Below are positions 25,040 through 37,282 of a DNA stretch of 64,000 bases, one piece after another. The stretch is taken from the NCBI RefSeq assembly GCF_021028975.2, contig NC_059435.1, forward strand, positions 44,826,001 through 44,890,000, given 5' to 3'. The notes under the pieces were generated by a model. That model ran no database searches. It saw nothing but the letters and a program-made list of their open reading frames with translations, and had not been told where the DNA came from. This DNA comes from Sphaerodactylus townsendi. Its lineage: Eukaryota. Within the stretch, counting starts at the first letter, position 1; each line of letters starts with the position of its first letter. The translations under genes were made by a program, and so were the position numbers.

Positions 25040-26480
25040 CATATTTCCTTTCGGAATAAAGGCGGGTGCCTACAACAGGCAGAAAGTCAACACGGGAAAC
25101 TTTCCTCATCGTTGCGCCTCCCAGGAAAGCCAGCCTGTCTGCCTTTCTACCTGCCGCGTGGATGGTAACGGCCCAAGCAGCCATGTTGAGAAGGAAAAAA
25201 GGGTGGCCAGCATAAGAGACCAACGCTTCCCAAGGCGAAGTCTTTCCAGGAGCTCTCCAAGCGCACCTCGCTTGCCCTCCCGCAGCCTGTTCGGCCAGAA
25301 ACATGGACCCCACCGATCCTTCTAGCAGGTTCTCAGGCTTCCTGCCCCACCCCGTCCTGCTTCCCCGCTGAAGCCTGCAGGTGCACCAACTCAGCCCCTT
25401 CCCCGCACAGCAGGTGGAGGAGAGGGATGACGCAGCCCACCCGATCACTCCGCCAGTCCAGGAGTCCAGCCACAATGCACGCCCCCAGGCCTCGGCCCTG
25501 CCTTTACGCGCTCCAAATACCACCAACGGGAGGCAAAAGCCAAGCCGGCTTTTGTAAAGGGAGAGGGGGACCAGGATGCACAATCCCGCTCCGACATCCG
25601 GGCGTTGGTTACTCACCGTATACAACAGATTGAGGGCGCACAGGCAATTCTTGGAGCAGGAGAAGCCGCCGCACACCATCGCGTCCCGCTCGTTTCCAGC
25701 AGCGCCTCCTGCCCGCACAGCCAGTCGCCCTCGGGCTTCGGCTCCCCGCGCCTCTGGCGGCCAAGAGCAGGTGAAAGGGGCGCAGTGGAGACAGGCGCGC
25801 TTTTTCTCCGGCAATCTGGTGCACAGGCTCGAGGGATCTCACGCAGACCCGCCCAGGCTCAGCTGCGGCCGCTCATTGGCTGCTCTAGAGAGACAAAGGT
25901 AAAAATATGCAAATAGGCCGAGCGGGGCCAGTGGTGCTGAACAGGCGGAAGGGGCGTCTGGCGCCTCCACGTTGTCGCCTGGACTCTGCCTTGAAAGGGA
26001 AAGGCGAGGCGCAGGCCAGTCTGGAGGCCCGCAGGACCAACCCTTTCTCAAGCTAGAGGAGCTGAGGTTGCAGAGGAGCGAGGAAAGCGGTCTCCTAGCC
26101 TCCCCAACCGCATCTGGTAACCACATTGAGGTCTTCTTCTATGGAACTAGACTAGAGGCTGCCTTCCCTGAAATGGATCCGTTACTCGGCAAACCTTGGC
26201 TCCCTCCCATATATGCAGAAGAGGGGGGGGGGGTGCACGAGAAGCTGAAGCCCAAGACGCCACTTCCTTGGGGTGCGCCACCCTAACCCCCAGCCTGGTA
26301 ACTACACCCGCTCCAGAATTTCCTGAGAAGTACGGGACAGGGGCGCAGTTGAAGACTGGGGAGTAGTACTTGCCCCACCCACAATCACCACGTGGAGATT
26401 GCGAATGGGGGCAGCCCTACTTGTCAGGCTTCAACTACACCCCTGTCCTGGTAGGGTGGGGGACTGCGCCCAGGAACAGT
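25040..26480 (-). promoter_or_regulatory. CpG-island promoter of TSPAN13 with GC box (25849-25854), CCAAT (25875-25879) and octamer ATGCAAAT (25907-25914)
   Basis: GC- and CpG-rich block around exon 1 in an AT-rich background. Motifs read directly from the sequence. Confidence 0.8.
25617..25679 (-). CDS. TSPAN13: TSPAN13 exon 1 coding part (MVCGGFSCSKNCLCALNLLYT)
   Basis: Strong Kozak context gcgATGG, donor |gtgagt. The six exons sum to 204 aa. Confidence 0.97.
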
Positions 26481-26539
26481 TTAAGTAGCTGTGCCCCTGG
26501 GTGATATGAGGGGACCTCACTTGGTGACATCGTTTAGTT

Positions 26540-27490
26540 ATTTACGTCCTTTACTATCTGCCTTTCTCACTTTGATTCCAGGTAGATTATGCAGTAAGTC
26601 AATACAGTCAACATCATGGGGCATTCACTAAACAGTGAAACAGGATTTGGGTTGTTGAACCAACCATAACTCTAAAAACAAAACTGGATCAAAGCATAAA
26701 TGTTAACATGGCATGTTAAATGACGCAAAATTACACAGTAGAATCCAACTCACAACAAACTATACACAGTAGTAAAGGCTAGAGCTCCAATCATTTATTC
26801 AAATAACTTTTGTACAGAGTTGCCCTGTACAGAAGAGCCCTCTTGAATAATTCAGTTTTCATCATTTGCAGACAGGCCATTCCACAAGGTGGGTGCCAGA
26901 ACAGAGAAGACGTGTGTGTGGGCAATTGTTGATTTTGCCCATTTGCACTGTGGCACCTGCAGAAGACCCTGCTTGGATGAGTAAAGTTATTGTGGCAGAG
27001 CACAAGTGGAGAGACAGTCTCACAAATATGAAGGTCCAAGGCCATGAAGAACTTTACAACTGATAGCCAGTTCTTTAAATTGAACCCAGAAGGCAGCCAG
27101 TAACCTCAAACTGGATAGCTCAGGCTACTAGCCTGATCACATCTCAGAAGCTAACCAGGGCTGACCCTGGCAAGGATTTGGAGGGTTGCGACATGGAGGC
27201 AGGCAATAGCAAACTACCACTGAACCTCTCTTGCTTTGAAAACCCCACCAAGGTGGCAAAAATGTGACTGTAGAATCAATGGGAATAATATGCATGCTCC
27301 ATCTTGCTCTTGATAATAGCCCAGCTGTGGTATTGAGCACCCGCTGGAATTTCTGAATTGATTTTGAGGGAGAACAATATACGCATGCACTGTAGTACTC
27401 TAGACTGTGGTGTGTGTCCAGGTGTCCACATCAGTCTTCTCAGGGTAAGGGATCATTTCTCACACTAAGCTGAGCTGGAAGAAAGCGTTC
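26540..27490 (-). mobile_element. L2-type LINE 3' fragment, degenerate, interrupted by a SINE
   Basis: Minus-strand remnant KSIQKFQRVLNTTAGLLSRARWSMHIIPI resembles the L2 RT C-terminal KLQLVQNAAARLL...HITP. L2-like 3' tail near 26550. Confidence 0.65.
27110..27260 (+). mobile_element. SINE fragment with 5S rRNA-derived segment
   Basis: gcctgatc...tctcagaagctaaccagggctgaccctgg resembles the internal region of 5S rRNA, but is partial and diverged. Confidence 0.5.
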
Positions 27491-27499
27491 TTTTAAAAA

Positions 27500-28435
27500 T
27501 CAATTTTTTAAAAATTTTTTATAAAACATCAAAAATATAAATCTTCTATTTAAGCAAAATTTATCCAAGTTAAACTTTATTTTTTAACCATTTCAACACA
27601 ATACATGAAATATAGGCTCTATTTCTTAACAAACTCCTGTTTCTCCCTTCTACTTTCAAATTTGTTAACTTGGCCATTGTAGCATATTCTCTCATTTTTT
27701 CCCCCCAACTTTGTCATTCAGCGCAATTTTCTGTTTTCCATCTGGTTGCGAGTGTTACTCTAGCTGCAGTTAACAAATACAGAAATAGTTCTTGTAATTT
27801 CCCTGGTAAGTTATTTGGAAAGATACCTAGTAGCATAGTCTTTGCATCCATTTGAAATTTTATTATGAGTATCCTTTGCATTTCTGCATTTATTTTCTTC
27901 CAAACATTTTTACTTTTTTACATGACCACCACTTGTGATAAAATGTAACTACTACTTCTTCACATTTCCAACAAATTCCTTTATAGTTTTTATTTATAGT
28001 TCTGATATCCTTGGGGTAATATATCATCTGTAAAACATTTTATACCAATTTTCTCTGAGAGTTTGATAAACTATTAATTCTATATTTTGTCCATAGGAGT
28101 TCTCATTGTTGAAAATATAGTTTTTCCTTAAATTTGTGCATCTGTTTTATCATATATTCTTTCACCTGTTCCATTTCAGTATCATATTTAAGTAATATCT
28201 TATATATTCTTCCCAACATATGTTGTTTTTGTTGTTATTTCTATTTCAAATTCTGTCATTTCTTAGTATTCCTGGTTATCAATTCTCTTCTGTGTTTTCT
28301 TGATGCAATGTGAAAATAAGTAATCCATTGTATTTTAGTTCTCTTCTGAGTCTTGATACTATCTGAAAACAAGTAATCCATTGTATTTTCTTTCCTTCGT
28401 TTTTCATTTCTTGCCATGTCTTAATTTTTTTCAAA
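27500..28435 (-). mobile_element. L1-type LINE ORF2 3' fragment
   Basis: A-rich minus strand with C-terminal Cys/His knuckle GICWKCEEVVVTFYHKWWSCKK at about 27905-27980. Confidence 0.7.
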
Positions 28436-28438
28436 TTG

Positions 28439-29069
28439 TTAAGAGCATAACAAAGAGCCTGCTGGATCAGACCAGAGTCCATCTAGTCCAGCACTCTGCT
28501 ACTCGCAGTGGCCCACCAGATGCCTTTGGGAGCTCACATGCAGGATGTGAAAGCAATGGCCTGCTGCTGCTGCTGCTCCCGAGCACCTGCTCTGCTAAGA
28601 CATTTGCAATCTCAGATCAAGGAGGATCAAGATTGGTAGCCATAGATCGACTTTTCCTCCATAAATCTGTCCAAGTCCCTTTTCAATCTATCCAGGTTAG
28701 TGACCATCACCACCTCCTGTGGCAGCATATTCCAAATACCAATCATGTGTTACGTAAAGAAATGTTTCCTTTTATTAGTCCTAATTCTTCCCCCCAGCAT
28801 TTTCAATGTATGCCCCTTGGTTTTAGTATTGTGAGAAAGAGAGAAAAATTTCTCTCTGTCAACATTTTCTACCCCATGCATAATTTTATAGACTTCAATC
28901 ATATCCCCCCTCAGACGTCTTCTCTCCAAACTAAAGAGTCCCAAATGCTGCAGCCTCTCCTCATAAGGAAGGTGCTCCAATCCCTCAATCATCCTCATTG
29001 CCCTTCTCTGCACTTTTTCTGTTTCTTCAATATCCTTTTTGAGATGTGGCGACCAGAACTGAACACACT
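28439..29069 (-). mobile_element. CR1 LINE, 5'-truncated (ORF2 C-terminus plus 3' UTR)
   Basis: ORF 28750..29013 QRRAMRMIEGLEHLPYEERLQHLGLFSLERRRLRGDMIEVYKIMHG is the classic CR1 ORF2 end. Confidence 0.93.
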
Positions 29070-29870
29070 ACTCTGTCAGGAGCTGTCAAAGCCTGATGGG
29101 CAAAATCTTGAAAAAGGCTGACTCAGCCCCATGTGCATTGATGAACTGATAAGAAACTGATGCTTGATTGGTGTACATTTGTATATAGTTGGACAGAGTG
29201 TACTCTGTTTTACGTACTTGAAATTGAAAATGCTACATAGCTGGGATGTTGTTCCCATAGTAACCTGAACCCCAAGTGTAATCTGTTGCTGGGTCACCAT
29301 TAGCTACAATATAACTCAGAGTTGTAGAAGTACTATTCAGTCCCACCAGTAAAAGTAGGCAAAGGAAAATCTAGTCCTGTCCAGATCATATTTGCAACAA
29401 TACATTCTTCAGGCTCCAGTTTTACAAAGTGCTTAACTTTATTTATGATCTCTGGGCTGAGTCCTGCAAACACTCAATATAACTTCAGTAGCTCGAGGTA
29501 CAATGATGTGCCAGTTTGCTTAGGTTAAATGGTAAATAACACGTAGCAATATTTGTTTTTGAAGAGCGAACTGGCACCTAACTTGACGGGCATCATGTAG
29601 AAGTCATGTTTAGTACAGACAGTTTAAAACAAACAGGCTGAAAGATATTGTAGAGAGAAAGGTGGCAATAAGGGAACTGGATACAAAGAACACAATTGCT
29701 GTACTTTTATTTTTGAAGATTTTTCTTCTACATCGTGTTACTTTTTAAACTAATACTAATTTAATGTTTGTGTTAACCATATTGTTTTTATACTTACCAA
29801 TATTTATAGTGCTATTGTATGGGTTCTTTCCTGAGAGTAAGTAGACTTTAGTGGGATTCTGAGTAGACCT

Positions 29871-30520
29871 CAAAGGCGTAGCTACGGGAAATGGAGCCCG
29901 GTGCAAAATCAGAGCTTTCCCGCCCCATGTTCGTTGGTGTTTTTTGTATTTTTGGTGTTTTTTCAGTCTTTGGACTGCAGGGGGTGCATATTTTAGAATA
30001 GCAGCATCAAAATTTCAGGGTATCTTTAGAAGACTCTCCTGATGGTACCTCCCAGGTTTGGTGAAGTTTGGTTCAGGGGGTCCAAAGTTATGGACCCTCA
30101 AAAGGATAGCCCCATCTACTATTATCTTCCATTGGAAACAATGGGAGATGGGGCACCCTCTTTGGGGATCCATAACTTTGGACCCCCTAAACCAAACGTC
30201 ACCAAACCTGGCTAGTATCAGCAGGAGACTATCCTGATGATACCATCTAACTTTAGGGAAGTTTGGTTCAGGAGGTCCAAAGTTATGGACCCTCAAAAGG
30301 TAGCCCCATCTTCTGTTAGCTCCCATTGGAAACAATGAGGGACAGGGCACCTTCTTTGGAGGTCCATAACTTTGGACCCCCTAAACCAAACTTCAGCAAA
30401 CTTGGCTGGTATCAGCAGGAGTGTCACCGGACAATAACCTTAAATTTTGGTGCTGCTATCCTAAAAACTGTGCCCCCTGCTGGCCAACAAATAAAAACAC
30501 TAAAAATATCAAAAATCTGA
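29871..30520. mobile_element. hAT-like element with alternating direct/inverted internal subunits
   Basis: Left end caaaggcgtagcta. Four copies of gtttggttcagggggtccaaagttatggacc in +,-,+,- order, plus outer inverted repeats. Confidence 0.65.
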
Positions 30521-32112
30521 TTTTATGCATAATTATGCATGCCTAATTTTGTATGGTGTTATAGCATTCCCACCCTCCCCATAGTTGGCTCAAAGTGCCA
30601 GGTGGGTGGCAACACATGCTCAGCCCCCTCAAGCAGCGTGAAAATGCTGCTTTCAAATGAGCGAGTTTTTTTAAAGCAGCGTCTTCCACCTGCTGCTGTG
30701 CAAACGGTAGTGGGTAGAAGGCGGTGTTTTCCCCACGCCACTTTTTTCCTGCTCTTACCTCCTCTCGGCTGCTGTCACTGTAGAGAGGCCAGGGGACATG
30801 CCTCCTGGCCTTCGTCCCTGGAGGTGTTGCCTACAGTGACGGCAACTGAGGGCAGGTAAGAGCAGGAAAAAAGTGGCAGGCCCTGTGCGAAGGTGGCCCT
30901 GTGGGCTGCTGGGTCACCAGGGCTGTTCACAGAATGGCATGTGAACAGCCCCGGGAGGTGCACTAATGTCGGTGCACCCCCACTGCAACAATGTTGGTGC
31001 ACCCCCGCTTGCTTGCCCGTGAAGAAAGGACCTTGGGAAGAGTGAAGGAGGACCCAAAGTATTCAGGACAACGATGACATGAATGGGGGAAACCCTTACG
31101 GGACCCCAATTACTGATGTGGTCCGTGACAAAAAAGGTTACCTGACCTGCAAAGATCGTTATATCATCGAAACATGGAATGCAAACAGGGAAGCAAGGAG
31201 GGGACTGGTTTACAGAGTATCCAAGAGTCGGACATGACTAAACAGATAAAAAGAAGCATTATAGCATTACAGAGACTTGTCCTGTTGCATTCTGAATAAA
31301 TATGATTAAGATTATCTTTAAAATAAATGCCAAAATAGTGCCGAAAAAAATTAATATTATCCTTGCTAATAAAAACAGAAGATGAAGTGGCTGTTAGCCC
31401 CCTGAAAAGAAGTTTATTACTTTGCTGGGGTCCATTCCTTCTGCAGTTTTTGCTAGTTTTACAATTTTTCATCACTTTTCTATAACAAAATATTGTATTC
31501 TTAGTATATATTTTTCCATCTACAATAATAATTTAGTCCTATTTTTCTTCTCAGCGTTACTTGAATTTTATCTACCCAATGAAAGTAACATGTCACCCAG
31601 GCAGGCAATAGCAGGCTAGAAATAGTAATTGGGCTAATTTTGAAACCTTGCTTGTAGCCTGGTATTTTACATAATCACATTCCAGTTGTGCCAGCACAAA
31701 AGTAGAGCTGTCAAATAACAAATACTGCAGCATGCTGACTTTGTCATAGTGTTACCATTTTCAGTACTATTGTCCATTATCCTTTTGCTTTTCATCAGCA
31801 GTTAATTATTAAGAAGTGCTGCAGTTTTCCATCAATGGACACTATTTTTCTCATCCTTTTAAGTGGGGCAAGCAATGCCTACATTCTAAATTCATTAAAT
31901 ACCATTACATTTATGTTTCTCAGGTTTTGTTCATTGTTTTTATTGTACTTATAGTTTTACTTATGGATTTTCTGCACTTTTTTGTTTAAATTTCCTATGA
32001 ACCAAGCTGGTTGGGAGTCCAGGAAACAAAAAAAAAGCATCTATTTGCGCTGGAGTCAGTAACAAAGGAGAACATTTATACTGGGATAAATAAAGGTTTT
32101 TGTAAGAACTTA

Positions 32113-32618
32113 CAGTAGAACTTCGGTTTTCGTTGGTAATCCGTCTGAAAAGAATCGATGAAAACCGAAACCGATGAAAACCGAGGCAAACTTTTCCATA
32201 GGAATCAATGTAAATTCAATTAATCTGTTCTAGGCACTCCAAGGAACATACCAAAAACACATTTTTTGGTGAATAAACATAGAGTTTAATGCTGAAAACA
32301 GTAACAAACAATAACACTAGGACCAGCTTCAGAGCCAGTGGACCAATGTCGCACCAGAAAGCTGTCCAAAGAGGTCTGTTTCTGACGCCTCTTTAAGATT
32401 TGTCTGTAATGGGGCAAGACATTGTCATTAAACAAGTTGCAGACACGGCCTGCAACAGCTTTGTCTGGGTGATTTTTCTCCACAAACCCCTGCACCTTAC
32501 TGCAAATCGATGAAACCCAAGGTGAATCAATGAAAACTGAGACACATTTTTCACTAAAAAAATTGATGAAAACCGAAATTGATGAAAACCGAAGGCAATG
32601 AAAACCGAGGTTCCACTG
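32113..32618 (-). mobile_element. Tc1/mariner Tigger (pogo)-type internal-deletion derivative
   Basis: TA|CAGTAGAACTTCGGTTTTC ... GAAAACCGAGGTTCCACTG|TA. Transposase C-terminal remnant ...HYRQILKRRQKQTSLDSFL. Confidence 0.9.
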
Positions 32619-33427
32619 TATTCCTTCAGTCACAGCTTGAGCTTGGCTGTGGACTTGAAGGATGCAGTACTGAGGGAGCAAATGAAGGTGATTTTACTTA
32701 TATATTATTTTCATTTATACCCTGTTTTTTTCTCACTGGGGACTCCAAGTAGCTTTCATCATGCTATTATCTCAATTTTATTCTGTGAGGAAGATTAGGC
32801 TGTGTGATTGGCCCAAGTCATCCAGTGAGCTTCCACGGCAGAGTAGGGATTTGAAGCTGGATCTCCTAGTCCAGCCCTCTATAAATGCCACAACAGTGCC
32901 AAAAATTAACCTCTAAACCATGCAGTCTCCTTCCCAATTGATTGTTCTGAGAATGCAAGTTACAGGATGTTCAGACAGATCTTTCTTGTTTCCATTACAG
33001 TGGAATCACATTTCCCAGCTCTAAAACCACAGGTTGCTATGGGTGGAAAAATGCCCCTCCCCAATTCAATTAAATGCATGACCTTTTTAAAAGACCCCAG
33101 GTTTTTATTTGCAAACAGCACATCTTGATAGATGATAAGCAACAGGCTGACAACAGAGAAGGATGGACCTGCCTAATTCAAATCACATGGAATATCACTA
33201 TGCTTACATAGCACTCACCTAAACTTCAGGCTGTTACAACTGGGAGTATCTTTAACAGCTATGAACATTTTTAAAATGTGCTAAATCTCCCATTCAGATA
33301 GCACCCTGATTTGCCACTGATCAACTTTTATTTGGAGTAAACTATTTTATGTTTGGCATGGCTCTGATAGACTAAGAGCTGATTCTACACTGCCTATGTC
33401 CTTGTCCTCTCTTGCCTTGCTTTGTTA

Positions 33428-33568
33428 GGCCCCTTCCGCACAGGCAAAATAATGTGTTTTCAAGCCACTTTCACAACTGTTTGCAAGTGGATTTTGCTAT
33501 TCCGCACTGCTTCAAAGAGCACTGAAAGCAGTTTGAAAGTGCATTATTCTGCATGTGCGGAATGAGCG
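33428..33568 (-). mobile_element. 141-bp PIF/Harbinger MITE
   Basis: TIRs ggccccttccgcac / gtgcggaatgagcg, TTA TSD. Reverse copy of 59533-59673. Confidence 0.85.
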
Positions 33569-35188
33569 TTAGAGTTGCCTTTCACCTTGGTCGGTCTCAC
33601 GTATTACCATTGTTTCTGCTATGCCTCTTTGTCTTTCAATAGCGTCACAGGCAATAGGACAACGGCTAAACAGAGTGAACCATGTCTTCCACAGGAAAGT
33701 GGAGGAGCCTTTCACTTGCAATTCTATGATTGCACTTCAGTCATTTGCACTGACAAATAATTGAGGTTTTTTTTAATTTGGTCAGGATGTGGCAGAGTAA
33801 CTGTGATCTGAAAGGATTCTCCTTCCTTGTAAGCGTCTTGAATGGAGGTACTTTCATCTGCATGAACATCTTAATAGTGATCAAATAAAGGACAACAAGC
33901 TGCAAGGGATCATGGGAGGGGGAAGCATTTGGGAAATCTTATTCCCCAAACCTCTTCCTCCAGGAACTGATAAGCTCCCAGGGGCTTAAGAAAGCTAGTT
34001 TTTCTACTACTGCCCACCCTGTTTTTTCATCTTTCAGATCCCTCAAGCTGCTCTTTATACTCCATGTCTCTTAGGACTGATTCATTCTCATAGATCTCTT
34101 CCCATTTCTTTTGGATAATTCACCGGTGGCCCAATCCAGAGCCCCCAGCGCCCCTCTTGGGGAGGCAAAAAAACAGAAATAGCCTCCCTATCACCAATAA
34201 GCCCTCCATTGGACTCCATGGGCTTATGCCATCCAAAAGGGTGGCACAAGCCCAAGCCCCAGGTGCCAGCGTTCCAGAAGGCAAAGCCTGTTTGGAAGCT
34301 TCACCACTGTCGACTTCACCACTGGCCATGCCTCCAGCCTCCAGGGTATTGGGGTTTGTTTTTTTAGCATCTACACATTCAAATACACATTGGCAAATCT
34401 CAGGCAAACCTTGTAAATCCAGTCTTGAATCTATCCAATATATTTGGATATATTCAGGTATATCTAGAGGCAGTAATTTAAACTGACCAAGGCAGTTTTT
34501 TAAAGCTTTTGAACATTTCCCAGGCAATAGGAGGGAGGGGGGAATAAGGCTGATGTCACAGGCAATGTTCCCTATATGCTGTGTGGCCACACGACTACCA
34601 TATTGGTTCTGTGCAGATAAGGGGCTGCCTGGCAGGGGGAATTCTCCCAGGCAGCTCAGTTCCTCCTCACTGTTTGGGAGTTTCTACACAGTGGTGGGGA
34701 ACTATTAGGGGGACTATTGCACAGGCAAATGAGATTGCATGTCAGGGAGAACTGCTATTAGTGCACGTTTCTATGTTAGTGTTTTACAGGTCAGCCTGGT
34801 TGTCCCTGGTTCTTCTGGGTTTCGGTGGATTGGTACTGGTTCTGTTGAGCTTGCAAGAGTGCTTCAACTTGTTTACATTCTTCCAGGATTCTCTGGTTTG
34901 ACATTAATTCAATTGGACTTGCCATATTGGCTTGTGATTCTGCTGGGATTCCCTGGTTCTATATTGGCTTTGTTGGCCTTGTTCGTTCTATTTCCATGGG
35001 AGGCATTTGACCAATGGTTGTTGCAGCATGCTGTCATAGGGGCTGCCATTCCCGTCCTAGAACTGTTCTGCTACTCCACTCCGGACGGGGCATTTTTCCA
35101 GTCCCAGAGCGGGTTGTTTGATTCCAGAGACCATCATTCCAGACCCAGACAGGTTTATTTGGTTCCAGAGACAATCATTCCACTCTAA

Positions 35189-35679
35189 GGCCCCTTCCAC
35201 CTAGCAAATCTATAACAGGTTGCAGTTGGGATAAAGTAACTCATTTTCCTGTTTTTGTGTTCACATGCATCCGTGCAGGCAGCAATTGCAGAAAACACTG
35301 TTGCACCTTCACAAGGAGACATTTCTCTTTTTTTAAAAAATATTTCTCATCCATGCGTAGTTATGCAGGCATGCACAAGTGAAACCACACAGCCATGCTG
35401 ATGTCTCACAATACAACCATCTATACCTGCATAGCTACGCAGATGTAAGTCACAAAATTTTTAAAAAGGAAAACGGAGGTAAATAAAGTGCCTCCTGTCC
35501 AGCTGTTCTCTTGCAAGTGGATGCAACCTGGGATTGCAGGGATCGCTAATAGTTCGATTCTAAAAAAAAAAAAATGGTTTGGGTGCAATAACGCAGGGCA
35601 GACTTGTTGTAGGGGTGGGATCTGTGTGAAGTTTTTTACTGTCCTACACCTGTACTTATTGGCACTTGCTGAATGGGCC
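35189..35679. mobile_element. PIF/Harbinger MITE (about 490 bp)
   Basis: TAA|ggccccttccac ... gctgaatgggcc|TAA. Confidence 0.75.
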
Positions 35680-37000
35680 TAAGAGGAGTTCTTCCAAGCC
35701 CAGAACACTTCTGCTACTCCCAGGAGCCGCCATTCTACTCTGGGAGACATCATTTCAGCCTTTTTCTATATTTAGCCAGAGCTGCCTTAGCAAACTAGAA
35801 ATCTGAAAGCATTATGGCAGACCTGGTTCTTCAGCCTTTAGAGATGACTTCATGTACAGTCTTTGAGCATTCACAGCACAAAGATTCAGTATTCACCTTC
35901 CAAAGTGGCAAATTTGCACACAGCTATCCAGGGTGAAGTGCACTACCACTCTGTCCCTGACAAAGATTGTACCAGTGGAGTATACCCATAAACTGATAGA
36001 TCTATGGGATTGTGAAGCATACTGACATAGAAGAGAGCAGAATGAGAAAACCAGAATGGAAACAGCAGGCAGCTGTGTGTTCTTCAGGACCCAGACCTGG
36101 AGCCCTTAGTGAGGCTTTATATCTGCTGTCTGTATCACTCTGTTTTTGGGAATGACCAGTTGCAATTGGCAGATGTTACAGACTTGATCAGAGATAGCAA
36201 TAGTGATAAATGCCTACACAAAGAAAGATAAAGGTATACACAACTTAACAAGGCAGGCAGATCAGCCATACACTGCCAGAGTCAAACATATGTTGAAAAG
36301 CAAAAAATAATTCACTTTGATTTAACTTGACATCAGAAGCCCAACACTGAAAAGCAGTATTAGTTTCAGTTCCTTTTCAAGCCCAGTAAATAGAAATGTT
36401 ACAACCAGTTAGACTCACCAGGGGGCGCAGTATGCCTATATCACAACAAAGGGCACCTTCAAGGACTGTTACAAAAGTAGCTTTATTGTAGGGATAAAGT
36501 TTCCATTTTGGGATGCATTTCTACACACTAACTCCTCCGGCTAGGTGAATATTAAAGCCAAACTAAAACTCATTTTCCCCCTTAGTTTCATCCAAGGTTT
36601 AAATAGCTGCTTTTGGGCAAATTTGTATTAGATTAAAAACTTTGGCAAATTTTGGCAAATTTGTATTAGATTAAAAACAAATAAAATCCAAATAAACATG
36701 GAAAGGATCTTGTTGTATTGCATGAGGAACCTGGCCTTTGACAAGACTGTTCATTCCATGCACATCCACTGCTGCTTTATTTCTTTGTCACAGCTCCATG
36801 TAGAATGGCTCTCGAGACAGCATAGAAAAAAAAATAACATAATGAAAATGATAATACAACTTAACTAAAGCACCATTAACATCAATACCAGCAATTTGGA
36901 CACACAGCATCTCACCACCTTCAAAAAATGGCAAACAACAAGAACTAATTTCTTTTAAAAGCAACAGAAAAGGCCGCTTCGGTAGGCAGCTCCTTTCTCA

Positions 37001-37282
37001 GGGCTTTCCCCACTTACACCTCGGTTGCTGCAGCCGCTACTGGCCTCAGCACAGCCGGCATTCTCTCTGGCACCACAGCCGCCCGGGCGTCCCCGTGCTC
37101 TGCGTGGGGTCATCAAAAGGCACCGTTTCAAGGAGTGCCAGGGATGCCGTGTGCTGAGGGGGCACGAGAGCAGCAGCGTCGGGGCGGCTGCGTTGTCGCC
37201 GCCCCTGTAGTGGGGAGTGCCGGGGGACCCCGCGCTACTTGAGGAGTGTAGCACGGGGCTTAAGGTAAGTGGGGAAAGGGCC
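37001..37282. mobile_element. GC-rich MITE (Harbinger-like)
   Basis: TIRs gggctttccccactta / taagtggggaaagggcc, CpG-rich interior. Confidence 0.65.

Noticed and set aside
25008-25814. 268-aa ORF spanning TSPAN13 exon 1, possibly an N-terminally extended protein
   Set aside because: It starts at TTG and runs through the gtgagt donor into a GC-rich intron where stops are rare. Only the 21 codons from ATG 25679 are TSPAN13.
27125-27185. 5S rRNA-like sequence
   Set aside because: Partial, diverged and fused to SINE body sequence, so not an rRNA gene.
28381-29121. 246-aa + strand ORF
   Set aside because: It is the antisense frame of the CR1 fragment and has no recognisable protein.
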